Source: the human T2T-CHM13v2.0 reference genome, Homo sapiens. From it: a DNA stretch of 64,000 bases. Location of the stretch: assembly GCF_009914755.1 (NCBI RefSeq), contig NC_060929.1, one strand, 5' to 3'. The position numbers were made by a program, and so were the translations under genes. Under the pieces are notes generated by a model. That model saw nothing but the letters and a program-made list of their open reading frames with translations. It was not told the origin of the DNA and made no database searches. Shown piece after piece: positions 26,601 through 49,199 of this stretch. The stretch's first letter is position 1, and each line of letters starts with the position of its first letter.

Positions 26601-28879
26601 TCAGAAAAAAAGACACCAGTTTCCCCCAGGGAACAGCTACCCTGACAGCTCCCACCATACCCTTGCACCACTACCCCACTACCCTCCAAAATCTCATCCA
26701 CAGCACCCTAACCCATGTCTCCTTTCCAGTCCTCAAGGAGGACAAACTACAGCTGGTGACCAACCATTCTACACAGAATTCACAAGAGTAACGCTTTCCA
26801 CAGACAAGGACTATCAATGCTACTTAGATTTCCTGTGTTCTAGTGAGAGAGGTACCTTGAACCATCATCAGCACAAGGCTCAAAGTAACCACATTTAGGA
26901 CATGGTGAGCCTCTTTCCATAAGTGGCTAGTCCACAAGCATCTCCTGAGGACTGGGCAAGAGTCTGCTCTTTTCCAGGCATTCCTTCTGCCACAGCTTAC
27001 CATGTGCCCACAAAGGGCCACTGCTGTGTTGGGCACTGGGAAGTATACTGGGAAGTGAACAAGACCAATGCCTGCCATTGAGAAGTATGACATAAATGGG
27101 GAGAGAAGTAGCAACACTTAGATTTCCAAGTCCAGAGAACAGCTTTCAAGCAAGCAATGAGGAACTCCATATGAAGCACCTGGAGCTCAGCATATAAAAC
27201 AGGCAGACAAGAAGCAGGGAGGCCACTTGGCAGGCTGTTATCATTGTCCTAATCAGACATAATAAACCCTGACCCAGAGGAATGGGTAGGAAATGAAGAT
27301 TGAGACAGCAGTAAAGGATGATAGTATTTTGACCAGAAAAACTAGGAATCTTGTTGTGGCCCTGCCAGCCCTCCTACTGAGAAAAGCATCAGACCTTTAA
27401 GCATGTGCAGTTACTCACTCCTTCCACCAGCCTAGGGGGCCTACCACAGCCCCCAAATTTAATAAATCCAGGGATGGAATAAAGAAAACTGGGGCTAAAG
27501 GGGGCCACTTTCATGTGGAGACCCATCCTGGGCATCTCACACCTGTTTCCTAGCTAGTTGATGCCTCCACTCCCCTTTGATCTCTACCCTCAATGTCTCC
27601 CATGTTCCTCCAAGAAACCAAAGGTCAGGCAGTTGGGAGTATACCACAGCATGGCTATAGCTCTTCCGGCTCTCTAATCCCACTTGGAAATTACTGAGTC
27701 AAAAATACATTTTTTTAAATTCTCACTATAATTGAAGTTAACCCTGAGATACTGATAATGAGCTTTACTTCATAATAAGGAGGGAAACAAATTGGAAGTG
27801 AAGGAGTTAAATGTGTCTGTTTCCCAGAGGCCTTAGCACCACTACTGCTCATTTTCTGGAGAAGACTCTTGAGGATTCCAGAGTGCCTGCATTTCCCACC
27901 CAGGTACAATTTCATTAGCAGCTCATTAGCAGGAGTGGTGCAACCATTTCTGACTCTTGTTTTTCATAATATTTATTGGTTAATTGACACTCTGAATACA
28001 GGTTGACTGAGACCCAAATGAAAGTGCTAAAACCACTCATTAGTCAAATTTAAAACAGAGATTGTATTCTAAACATACCCTTTGTTCTCATTTATTTTCC
28101 TCAAACAGAAGTCATGATTGAATAAAAGGGTTAAAAAAGCAAAGTGCCAAGATATTGTACTTCAATTTTTAATCCTTTTTTCCCCGTACCCTATCAGTCC
28201 CCAGGAATCCTGTCATCATAATTGGCTCTTATTGTTCTCGTTTACAGCACCTGTTACCTCCACAGACAAATATGGTTCTATGAATTATTTCAGACCAGTA
28301 TCAGCTACTACTGACTTCTACAATTTCCCTAGTGGCCCTGCCACAAAAGCCCCTCAGTTTGGATACTCCCAGCAATGAAAAGGGGAAAAAAATCCATAGG
28401 GATGCCTGCAGCAAAATTCTTAGGGTAGAATTTCTCTCTAGACCAGCTCTAAAGGATGGGACTCCACATCATTCTATTTATTGTTGTGGGGTGGTGTGTG
28501 CAGGGATCAGGGAGGTGAAAATGACAATCAGAGTGGGAGAAGAGGCAGATGGAGCAACAGGTACAGTGCAGAGACGGCAGTCATATAAACAACTGGTCCT
28601 AAGTCCTTGTCCACCTCCCATTGGGGGAGCCCACCCTCCTTAAATATAGGCAACTTTAACAAAACGAGGTTATTCACCTGAGCCTCCTTTCACCTGTCAA
28701 AGTGTAATGACAATCCAAATTTTCTGCCTTTTAGTTTAAAGTTTTGGATCGTTGGTATTGAGAGACCTACTAAGTAGTGTTGTGCTTTGCTTTCTTCACT
28801 TGTATTGCTGGTTTCACTAGAAGGAATTGCAGCCTTTAGCACTCGGATGACCTAGGCAATTGTTCAGCTGGTGGCAGAG

Positions 28880-29080
28880 GGCACAGACTCAGGAAGATCT
28901 GGTTCCAGGTCCAGTTCCACCACTTAATAGCTCTGAGACCTTGAGCAAATAACACCTATGACTCATCTGCAGAATGGGCATCAGAGTACCCACTTCACAG
29001 GGCTCACAGGGTTCACTGCCAGGAATAAGAGATCATGCATAGGAGATGCTCAGAGCTGACACCAGAGAGTTCTCAATAAT
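28880..29080 (+). mobile_element. MIR
   Basis: 'ccacttaatagctctgagaccttgagcaa', 'ctcatctgcagaatggg' MIR core. Confidence 0.6.
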
Positions 29081-30494
29081 GTTCTCTGCCTGGCTCTTGC
29101 CTCTCTGTGACTTGTTCAGTTTTCCCAGCTATGAGAAAAAGACCAGGGCCATGCCATGATAGATGCTCAAACTGAGTGTTAATCGGCTCTCAATACATAC
29201 TTGATTGAGTTCTGCAGAGGAAAGAAGAGTACATGATTTTTTAGAATATTCATGTCAGGCTGTCTTGTTAAGGCTGCAAAAAATTCAGTAACAATGAGGG
29301 CTGCGGGGCATCCAAACTGAGAGGGCAGCAAATGAGCTGTTTAAACTTAGCCTGTACCACATCGAAAACACCCACTACAGCTTTCCTTGGCTCAGCCAAC
29401 CTGCAGGCCACCAAACCCACTTAAGATGGGTCAGTCTCTGTCTCACTCCCCAAGACATCAGAATAGAAATCAAAGAGGCCATATCCAGCAGCAAAACTGA
29501 AGCAAATGTGGGGAGGATTTAAAGGAGCACAACTGCCAGCTGGCAACAAGGAAGAAGGGCTTCAGGTTTCCTGATAAACTTAGCTCAGTCACAAACTTAA
29601 GCCAGTTTTGCAACAATGCACCAAAGAGCTTATAAAAGCAGCTACCCTGCTCTGGGTTTCTGCTCCTCAGAGGGCTGTGCTGACAGGTGCCCACCCAAGC
29701 ATGGGCAAGGAGGCCTGGATGTTCTAGGCCAATGCACACAAGGTTGGTGCTCCAGCAAAGCTGCTGCTGTGCACACTTCCAACAAGCAGCCTGCCTCACA
29801 CCTCCACCCCACCTTCACAACAGCTGATGCTGCCCCCAACTGCACCCCCATACACCCAATCCTGGGCAACTAATGGGAACTCTGTGCTGTCACTTGATGA
29901 GAAACACTCTACCCACTATACACTCCTGAGTCTTCTCCAAGTACCCAGGCAGAAGTATATGGAACCTCTGGCCTTGGTGCTCCCTCCTATTCATAGGCAG
30001 ATTCAGGCCCTACTGACTACTTGTGGTCTGGATCACTTTTGACAGAAGTCGTCTCCCAACAAGTCATCTCTCTGATATCCTCTTTCAAACTTCCATTTCA
30101 GATTTATAAAAGAGAAGGCAAATCCCTCATAACTTCAGGACCTCAGCATTCTGAGCTAGAAAGAACTTCAGGAGATCATGAGACCCAGCCCCCACTGAAA
30201 AGATAAATGTTCCCTCCTTGTGCCACTGCAGTTAAGTACAGCATCCCCCAGGACAGGCTTGTTGGCACTCTCCTTCTTACAAGCCTTCAGTGGCTCCCTG
30301 CTGCCCTCCGAAGTACCAATAATACTATCTCATGGTGTTCAAGGCCTGCCTAACCTAATGAAATCCTTGCTGATATTCTCTGCCTTATCGCCCCTCATCC
30401 ACAGCTACCCCACGCTCTGGCTAAACTCCCCCTATGCTTTTCTTAGTCCTTAATGCCATCTCTTTCCTTGCTTTTTGCCTGTCAAATTTCAATG

Positions 30495-30597
30495 CTTTTT
30501 TTTTTTGAGATGGAGTCTTGCTCTGCCACCCAGGCTGGAGTACAGTGGTGCAGTCACAGCTCACTGCAGCCTTGACCTCCCAAGCTCAAGTGACAGT
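30495..30597 (-). mobile_element. 5'-truncated Alu (3' ~100 bp)
   Basis: Poly-T plus the antisense right-arm end. Confidence 0.85.
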
Positions 30598-30766
30598 CCA
30601 TTTTTTAATAGGCTAGCTTGAGCAACAACTCCATGCAGTTTTATACATTATCTTTCCATCCTTTCAATCTCTAGTGCCTTGCTTATTCTTTTCTAATGAC
30701 ACTTCCTCTATTCATTTTCTCTTAGTCATTTGGCTTCTTGTTAATCATTAAACAGACATTTACTGA

Positions 30767-31040
<274 letters not shown>

Positions 31041-32249
31041 GCCTCTCTACTCTTGAAGAGATCACTGGTCTAGTGAGGGAAACAAATCCATAAAAATTAT
31101 AATACTTGCCAAGTTTTCCCCAATAGATTGTATTATTCTTGAAGTCAGAACATCTTTATATTCCCTGCATTGCTGAACAGAGTGCTTGGTACATAGCGAA
31201 TGTCCATTGTGTATATGTTCTAAAACAAAGATGAGTGAGCATTATGGAAAGAAAAACAATTTCCTCTTTCTGAAATGTGGGGCAGAAGGATGTTGCAAAG
31301 ATAGCCTTTAACTTGGGATAAGGGGAAAATAAACTTCTTATTTTTAAATGTATTTTAATTCCACAGCATCACTCCTCAACCCACAAGGAAAATAAGAGAA
31401 AGATACAAAGACTGAGAATTGCAAAGACAGAAACAAGCAAGCATCAAAATAGAATGGGATAGAAGTGTTGTTTAGTTCTTAACTACTACTAAACCACACA
31501 CATCAGACTTTATCATGGGCTTCAGAGTATTATCACCTCTGATAACAGGATTTGATGAACTATTGGTCATAGCTCTACAACTGCTCTTTATCCTTAAACA
31601 TTCAAGTATTTCCTAGTTCATCAAGCAGAAGTGGTTGGTGGTTAGGAAAACAAGAATAAGAACAATATTACTAGAGACCAGCTGGTGAAGCCTCTGAGAT
31701 TATATGTGAAAGTTTTAAGTACACATTTACATTTTTCTAAAAAGGTCCATAGGTCTCATTAGTTTCTTAGAGAAAACTGTAAATCACTCTCAAAACACAT
31801 ACATAAACACTCATACCTTGAAGAGCCTCTGGGCCAATAATGGCAAGGCCTTGCAGCAACCGGCATCCTAATAACTGTAGGTAAGGATAAATTAGTGCAA
31901 GGCTTTTGGGCATCTGGCAACATCTATCAAAACTGTAACTGTTCATTCCATTTGACCCAGCAGATGCTATGTCTAGGAATTTATCTAATAGAAATGTTCA
32001 CAGAAGTGCACAATGATATATGGATAGAGTGTTCACTATAGCATTCTAATAATTGTAAACAATGAGAAGCAATACAAATGTCCATCAGTAGGGGATTTGT
32101 TACACAATACAGCATATCCCTTCAATGGAATATATTAGTCTTCAACAAAAAAGAGGGAGCTTTGTACTGACATAAACAAGATCACTAAAACTAAGCAAAA
32201 ATAAGTTGCATATATATGATTTCATCTTTCTTTTTAAAGAACATATGTT

Positions 32250-35660
<3,411 letters not shown>

Positions 35661-35748
35661 AAAAGAGTCTTAAAGGAGTATATGTTATCTCTGGTGAAGA
35701 AACTGGACTTAGAAGGACTTGTACTTCCTAAATTATACATTTCTATAA

Positions 35749-36087
<339 letters not shown>

Positions 36088-36499
36088 CAAGCAAATTTTT
36101 ATTTATTTAATTTTTCTGGGATTACAAGTTGCTAAAAACATGACACATTCATGGAAAAAATACATAATTCCTTTTCTAGGCACAAAATAAATTACTTCAA
36201 AACTATTAAAAGTATAAAACTGTGGCATATATTTTAAAAAGAAAAAGGGGAGGTAGCTGCAAAAAACAAACCAATCATTTGGTATCTTTTATTATAGGAA
36301 GGGTCCATTTGGGCTTCTTTAAAATATGCTGTTATAATTGGGGTCTATTATAAATTATATACCTAAAACATATTAATACATTCTAAAATGAAAAATAACT
36401 CAGAATACCAGTCATAAATAACATACACTATTCAAACACGTACTAACACATCCTGCGAAATAGAGATGAATTCAACGAATCAAAAGTATATTGCGAATA

Positions 36500-38575
<2,076 letters not shown>

Positions 38576-38944
38576 ACTATATATTCACAATGAAATACCT
38601 GACAGATATTTTGCTAGGGTTAGGCTTTACAAGGAAATGGTCCAGAAGTCTGGGAACAGGGGCCTTGCACAAATGCAAATCAACGAACAAGATGCTGAGT
38701 TCAACCTCAATGCCTTTATTCCACATGACCTTGAACAGAGCCCTCACCTGACCAGCCAATCTGACCCTCAAGGATCGCACAGTGAAGCCAGAGTGAAAGA
38801 GAATGTGTACTTCAGGAGGATTTGCTCCCACATTGGCCGTAGTTTGTGAGGTGGGAGTGGAAGGGATTAAAGAGTTTTTTAAAATAGGAATCATTTCCCT
38901 TCATCCCCTCTTGCCTTCAGAACTAAGCATCTCTTTCTCTCTCT

Positions 38945-39243
38945 TTTTTATTTTTATTTTTTTTGAGGCACAGTCTTGCTCTGTCACCCAGGCTGCAGTG
39001 CAATGGCACAATCTTGGCTCACTGCACCTCCGCCTCCCGGATTCAAGCGATTCTCCTGCCTCAGCCTCCTGAGTAGCTGGGATTACAGGCACATGCTACC
39101 ATGTCTAGCTGATTTTTGTATTTTTAGTAGAGATGGGGTTTCACCATGTTTGCCAGGCTGGTCTTGAACTTCTGACCTCATGATCTGCCCGCCTTGGCCT
39201 CTCAAAGTGCTGGGATTATAGGCGTGAGCCATCGTGCCTGGCC
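38945..39243 (-). mobile_element. AluS-like
   Basis: Antisense dimer. Flanking atctcttt repeats. Confidence 0.92.
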
Positions 39244-40969
39244 AGAATCTCTTTTTATGAGGTTATGTTTAATACTAAACACCCATTATGACTGAGAAGC
39301 AGAAATTACCAACCAGAGTCTGAAAGCACTATCCACAGAAACCTCTGAAAGAAAAGTGTCCTAACCAACCTGGACAGGGTTCAGTGCAGTTCTGCCTGGA
39401 GGCAGATGGATGGAAGCATGACATTTTAAAAACTCCCATCCCCTAGAACTTTATTTTCCCTCTGCAGCAGGAGATATCTCAAAACAAGGACATTAGTCCA
39501 AACTACTCTATAGAGGAAAAGCAATAATCCAAGGACTTTTCTGAGTATGTAGCAACCACTGAGATGCATGAAAATGATACGTGTGCCTAGTTTTTATGTC
39601 TACTCCTACTAACTATGCAAAACTGAAACTAGTTCCTTAAAAACAAACTGCTCCTGGACACCCTACACAGTCGCTGCCGCCTCCCTGACTCTGCAGACAT
39701 CAGTAACAGAGCATGTCATAGGGAATAAAACACAATCATAAGGTAATGCTACATAAACGCTAGTGTGTTTATGGGGAATAAATGTCAAGGTAAAGCAGGA
39801 ATATCTATTTTCTATGTGGGAGATGGTGATTCTGTGTGTCAATGCCCCATTATACTGAATTGATTTTAGTTTTGCCAAATCACTAAAATATTTCACAATC
39901 TCCTTTTGGAGGCTGTGGCTGTCATAATGACAGAATCTGCAATGACCTTTCACAAGGTCTACTTTCCAGGCATCTGGACTTCACAATCTCCTCCATTCTA
40001 AGGTTCCATTTTCCCAGGAAAGAGGCACAGTAGGGCATGGAAAGCTGGCCAGTTGTGATTCATTCCCAATACGATCTGCCAAGCAGGCCCATCCATGCTC
40101 TTGGTATCTTGAAATTCCAGAGAAGCTAGACTTCAAGTCCTTCCCAAGACCCTAATGTCCTGTCATTTAGTCCCTTCTGAAAGTTGCTTAAAGTGACATA
40201 AGGGAAGCAGCTAATTTACAGTCCTATTCTTTTAATCTTGGTCAGCCAGATTTTCACAGACATCAGTTTATTTCACTTTATAATATATTAGACAAAACAA
40301 CAGTACCGGAATCAGTTCCAAGGCAGCAACTCACTCTCAGGGGTTCTGCTGACATTTATAAACTGATCCTATTTCTCTCTTGTGTTTTGTTATCAGCTAA
40401 ACCTGTCAACTTAAATTATTGCCTTGTAACAAAATCAGAGTTATCTATTACTCTGGTATGTGTACATTTCTGAAGCTTTGTACCTATATCAAGTTTTGCA
40501 AGGGTAGAAAACAAGACCATAAATAAACAAATGGAAAACAGAATATGTTACCATTTCACTTTAGTAACAGAAGCTAAAAGTCAAATGCATTACATGGAAA
40601 GCCACTAAAACAGCCAAATATATAGACCTTGGGAATAGCAAAGCTGATACTGATACAGTCATTTGCGCTTTGCCCCATCCTGCAATCAATCTCTGGGCTA
40701 CAGTACCTCAGAGTTCCTCCATTTCCAATTTGGAGGAGTAAATCTGATTATTCCTAGGGCCTGTAACAAGTGAGTAGACATAAAAAAACTGAGGACACAA
40801 TGTCAAAAAGCTCAAATTTATAGCCACTTCATTATTTCACCAGTACAGTGGACTAAGAAACCAATTCCCCTTCTATTGGTATGGCTAATGGTCACTCTTA
40901 CTCAAAGACCGCAGTGACCTAAACTGAGCAACAAAAGAGTCACCAGAAAGAAAGAAAAAAGCAATTCTC

Positions 40970-41310
<341 letters not shown>

Positions 41311-42281
41311 TTATTCTTTAACTATTCCCTCCCCCACATTCAATCTAAAAACAAGTTGTTTCCCAAATTTTTCTGGGATTTCATGTGGCTTAATACATAA
41401 TACCTTTATGAACAAAATACAATTCCTTTTTTGGATACAAAATAAATAAATCACTTCCAAACTACAAAAAGAATAAAACCGTGACATATATCTCAATTTC
41501 CCCTACATTTCTACTATCCAAACCCAAGCCAAGATTTTCTTGTTATTTTACATTTTTAGACACTTTACAGTGACCCAATCTACAACAAAACTCCATCTCC
41601 CTAAACTGTTGTTTTACGGACTGTGATTCCAGTCTAGCAACCTTTTTAATTCTCTCAGGAACTGACTGTTTAACCCCCTTAGCTTTTCCCAACAGCTACT
41701 ACCTTACCTCTTAAGCTCAGAAACAGAGATCTCACCATACAGCAAGAACTTTCCCAAAAGCCTCCTCTTTGAGAAAACCTCAACCTGAAAGGGCAGAGTA
41801 GAGGGCACAGTTCCACACAGAGGCACCAAAACAGTCACTGGAGTGATGGGAGTTGAGAGGTATCAAAAAGACACTTGATAACCCCAACACACCCAAAATC
41901 CTACTAATCAAATCTCATTGTTACAGAGTCAGCTCTTTGATCCAAATCTTCAGATTATGCTAGGCCAAATCATATGCTTTAGTGCACCCTAGGAGGAGGA
42001 GATTATAGTGTTGCGGGGGAGTGGTATACATGATTGTGCTTCCTCATCATCCTCATTCTCTCTATCACACTCCAGACAAACTATAGCACAGAGCAAGAAG
42101 GCACCCATCCAGAGGGGAACTGAGAGATGAGATATTTAGTTTGGGTCCTGAGCCACTTGTGCAATACGGATGTATTTTTCCATGCAAAATCTCACATTCA
42201 CATCTCTGGGTACACAAACAATATTTGGTTACTGCACACTTTTCTTTGACCAATCTCACCTTGCCTAAAAATAGTTACAAA

Positions 42282-42412
42282 GGGCTAAGCCTGGTGGCTC
42301 ACATCTGTAATCCCAGCACTTCGGGTTTCCAAGGTGAGAGGATCTCTTGGGTCCAAGAGTTTGAGACCAGCCTGAGCAACACAGTGAGACCATATCTCTA
42401 CCAAAAAAAAAT
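42282..42412 (+). mobile_element. FLAM / Alu left monomer
   Basis: Single arm plus A tail. TSD agttacaaag. Confidence 0.85.
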
Positions 42413-43016
42413 TTTTTAAGTTACAAAGAATTATAATGGGCAAAAATTGTAATTGACAAAAAACTTCCTAATTCTCATTCCAGGTTTCAAAGGAATTTAA
42501 AAAAAAAAGGGGAGGCCTTAATTTCTGGAATCATCTCTCCTGAAGCCCTCCAGACTTGATTTTTAGAATATAGGTCTTGAAAGCTAAGCATTTTCTCAGC
42601 TGATCCTTTAGATTTCACCAGACCTGCTTTCTCCACCACTTCCTGCTGGGGAGACGCAGAACAGCAGGAGAAGGCAAGGCAACTTGCACAGGCCAGCTGC
42701 ACTACCAGTTGTGGCTTCTCTGCTCGGCCTCACAACCTGCATGTCAACTCTTCCCGATCCCAGTGGATAAAAAACCACTACCACACTGCACACATCAAAT
42801 GCCAGGCACGAGGCAGAGACCTGGCATTATTGCCAGTGGCTTTAGCTAGAAAAATCTAGCACTTTTCACTTGATGACTTTCAATTAACAAAACTGCCAAA
42901 TAATAATGATAGTCACCAAGCAGCTGTTTAAGAGATACAGTGAGAGAGGGGACACTGTGTTTCCACATCAGCAGTCAATGAAGCTAGACCAGTATTGGCC
43001 ATTCACTTTCTAGACC

Positions 43017-43219
43017 AGCACTGTCCAATAGAACTTTCTGCAATGACAGAAATGTTCTATATCTATGCTGGCCCTTACAGTAGCCCCTGGTCACATGTGG
43101 CTTTTGAGTACTTGAAATGTGACTAGTGATACTAAGAAACTGAATTTTTAATTTTTAAAATGTTAATTTTAATTTGAATAATCACAAATGGTTAGTGACT
43201 ACCATATCAGATAGCACAG
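43017..43219 (+). mobile_element. MER3-like hAT DNA transposon
   Basis: cagcactgtccaatagaactttctgcaatga...cacatgtggc...cttgaaatgtgactagt...atagcacag, ~200 bp. Confidence 0.8.
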
Positions 43220-45374
43220 AAGTAGATCTTCATTTCACAAATAGTGCATCCCTGGAATATTGTGGGGGCCCAGTGAAACATCAGATGAAAAGGGGCTTTG
43301 AGAGGCATGGTGGGCAGCACAAGCATGAGTGGAATCCTGGCGCCTTGCAGCAAAGGCCCCTTTGGGGGACTCAAATCTGGTTTACCACACTGAGTACCTC
43401 CTGCCAGTTCCAATTCAGGAGACCCTGAGCCAAGGAGTAAACCAGAGCAGTGGCTCTCCAGAGTAGTCAGCTAGGACACCAGGGGCCCATTAGCACTACA
43501 TCTCTTCTGAGGACAAGAATTATGGGTAATTCGCTCTCTCCATAGCTAATTGTTATAGCAGATACCCAACTCCCTGAAACAAAAAAGCTCAAGGGCCATC
43601 TCCACAATTGAAAGGAAGGCTGAGTATAATTGAATGCAAACATAAATAATGGATAAAAACAAGTACAGAATGTGCTGCCCTCCCAAACAATTCAAGAGAA
43701 CTCTTTCAGAGATGGAGGAAGACAGGATAGAAAATAACTTACTAACAAAGGGCAAAGGGACAATGAACTGCACTGTATTTTAGTTCAAGTGGCTGCAAAT
43801 AGAACAAAATGGAAAGTTAAACTCTACTGAATAATGTCTTATAAGACTAACTAAAACCAAAAGTTCAAAAAAGTAAGAAAATCACTTCACAACCATTTTA
43901 TTCAAATACAGCCCTTGGGGTTTTCCCCATTTCTGAGGTTTGAAGGAATCATCTCCATTAGCAAATATGCACTGGCTACACCAACATTTTACAATGACTT
44001 TTTTCTTCCCCACACAAAGTCCAACTTTAGAAAACCAAAAGCAAGTACTTGAAAACCTGGGATTCCTACTTTCTCTCATGTAGCCACAGCTATCATCTCT
44101 CAGCAAGTCTCCAAAACCTATATTTACACTTCTGATCTTAAACAAAATAATTTCTTACATAACTGAAAGCTACCAACTTTACTGGGGGTGGGGGGTGGCA
44201 CATATTATTGTACTTGGCAATAGACCGTGAATGATGTATTTTTCTCCAAATAAAACTAAATATAAACATAAAACTTGCTGGATACAGATTTTACCACCCA
44301 TTGGACACACTAATGAAAACAGTTAAATCATTAGGTTTTTTAATTAAGAAGTCAACATACGTCCATTCATTTTCACACAATGCATACAGTGTGGACACAA
44401 ATGGATCATTCCACAGAAAAAGCTGTGGGCTAATGTTGTCCTGAAAGATTGAACACTGGCTAGCTAGATTATGCCAAGTCCTGGCTAGAGCTTTTAATCT
44501 TAATCTGACTACTGTTCAGTCTCTGCCAAAAACCAACCTGACAGAGCAGATATTTGAGAAAGATAGCCTAAAGGACAGGCTCTTCATGTATTCTACTAAG
44601 AGGATTCTATATTGCACTCTAGTACCAGCTTAAGACAGAAGCATACACATTAGATTTGTCCCATAAAAGACAAACTCATACAACACCACTTGTATGTCCT
44701 CAAATTTTGTTCAGGGTCTATTACATAAGGAACAGACTGCAAAATCCATTCCTGTCTTTTCTGAAACAAGCTTGTCATTGTCCAGTACATGGTTAATCTC
44801 TATGATAAAAATGCTTTTAGATCAATTCTTACCAGCACCAGGAAAAAGCTGCTTTCTCAGCAGACAACTGACTGCTGAGAACTATTAGCTTTTTAATTAA
44901 GTGACAATTATGTGATTCATCATATTTCCCTTTTTGTCTTGGCTACCAGGATGTTCAGAAACTATATTTAATATTTGGAACCTATAACCAAAGTAGCCAA
45001 GTTGGTTATGATATTTGTTTTTCGCCAGTCCCATACCCATAGAATTTAAATTAGTTTCAATTTATATTTAAGCAGTCTTCCATATATGTGTATTTCACTA
45101 AAAGCTAATTAAAATCCTTTTTATTAGCAGGCAGCCCTAAAAAAGAGTTGGACTACCTCACTAAGCACAGCATTAACCACTGTTATCGCAATATGGCGTC
45201 AATGTTGATCCACGTGATAAATTCCTGTCCTACGACAGACATTCAAGGGAAGGGAAGTGGGTGCAGGCAGGGCACTGGGAAGGGCAGCATGCTACAGGAC
45301 ACAGAGTCACTCAAGAATAATGAAGGTGAGAAAATGCCCTTTCAAAAACAATTAGATGTGGCCTGCAATATAAA

Positions 45375-45541
45375 TTTTTTTATTTATTTTTCTGAGACTG
45401 GGTCTCACTCTGTAGCCCAGGCTGGAGTGCAGTGGCACAATTATGGCTCACTGCAACTTCTGCCTTCTGGACTCAAGCCATCCTCTTGCCTTAGCCTCCC
45501 AAGTAGCTAGGACTACAGGTACATGCCTCCATACCCAGCTA
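45375..45541 (-). mobile_element. Alu right monomer (FRAM or truncated AluJ)
   Basis: Antisense right arm. TSD caatataaatttt. Confidence 0.85.
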
Positions 45542-45717
45542 ACAATATAAATTTTAGACAGGGCAGATATTTTCTACAAATAAGAAAACATGACAAAGAG
45601 CTCAAGAAACCCTCCCTAGTTCTTGGCCCTCTACAGTGTACCACCCTGCTGTGCCATGAACCACTGTCATGAATGGAGCCTCCGTAGACTATGTGAATGG
45701 CTACAAGAACCACAGAA

Positions 45718-46062
<345 letters not shown>

Positions 46063-47416
46063 CTAGTAAATATGTACAGAGGAAGTGAGAAGACTTCTAA
46101 TCTTTAACAGCATAAGGGGGAAGAGGGCAGAATTCTAAAAGAAATCTAGCATTACAAATTACCACTTGGTACTGGGCGTCAGAATAGCTGCTATACACAC
46201 ATCATCTTGTTTAATTTTCACAACAATCATATGGGGCAGGTATTCCCATTTTACAGATGAGAATTCTTTGGTTACACAACTAGTACAATTCGACAAATGT
46301 TTACCAAACAGAAATTACCAGGCATTTTGTATCCTGCAACTCACAGTGGTCCCTGCCTAGAGCAGCCTTCAGGCTGATGATAGAACTGAGTCTCTAACCA
46401 GGTTTGTATGGCTTCAAAAGCAGCTCTTCCATTGCCCAACACTGCCTCTTCTCTGTGTCTGAGCCAGTGTGAGGGTATGCTGAGTCTGACAGCACCTCAG
46501 GAACAACCAAATCCTGACTAGCTGTCAACACCTTCCCTGCCCACCCCAAGAAAGCTGATTGAAACAAAATAGGAAAGTCTCTCCCCATGTGCTACAAGTC
46601 ATTTGATACAAAGACCAGAATCTATGTTCCAAGATAGGGCCTGGAAGCCCCCGCAAAGCAGACATTATTAAAGCTCAAAAGAGAAATTGGTGGAGACTGG
46701 TATAATAATGGATTCCCTAAGGGCTGAACAGCTCAGCCCCTTTGGTCCAAAGCCCTTCTATCATTCTTCCTGTCATTCTTGGAAGGCAGCAATCCACACT
46801 TCAATTACTTGGTGTCTTGATGAACTGCTGAACTGAATTTATCTAATGCCAGGTTAGGGCCAAGGTTGCTATGTGGGAATGGATTCCTCTAGAGATCAGT
46901 AGGAACACACGTGAAACTTCCAATCACGTTCTTATCAATCATAATCAGTGAGATCCTAGTCAGGAAGCTGATCATGGATTAAGCCCATCAGATCAGCCCC
47001 ATCAGTCATATAGCTCCAGCCATGGAAAGTCAGTCCCTCCCGAACTAGACGAACAGGAAGGCCCCAGGATACCCAGGAGAGAGCAGGCCAACTCAAAAAG
47101 CACTGAAGCAGCAGTCTTTGAGCATGGGCACTGGGCCAGGCCCTGCAGGGGCTCAAGGATTCAAATGATACCAACTGCTCCTGATTTAGGAGCAAGAAGC
47201 AGGGAATAAAGCAAGTCCATAAATTACTGTAACCTGAGGCTTGATGTGAGCTTCATGAAAGAGGGTGTGGAGGGGAAGGGGAATATAAGTAAGAGCACCT
47301 GCCACTGGGAGAAACTAGGGAGGTGAAAATTCAGATGTACCTTGAAGGTTGAGGACAATTTTTTTTCTTGCTTTATGTTTTCTCATCACTACAAAAATAC
47401 ACAAACATTATTTTTA

Positions 47417-48931
<1,515 letters not shown>

Positions 48932-49199
48932 AAAAAATCAAATGTTACAGGAATATATTCTCACACTGTAATTCCCATAATCATCATTTCTCAAGTATAG
49001 TAATTAACAAGGGCACAGTTTTGATTTTTTTCTCTATATACATTTACACTTATCACTAATAATTTTTTCTAGAATGGAATCATACCATACATACTGTTGT
49101 GCAACATGCTTCACCATCTAGCAGCATGCCGTGAATAGCATTCTGTGGCAACAAATGTACATCCCAACAGTGCCACAGTATTCCATTGCAATGGATATA

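Noticed and set aside
27684-27701. NFAT:AP-1 composite (tggaaattactgagtca)
   Set aside because: The spacing is one base longer than the canonical composite, and single motifs are expected by chance in 64 kb.
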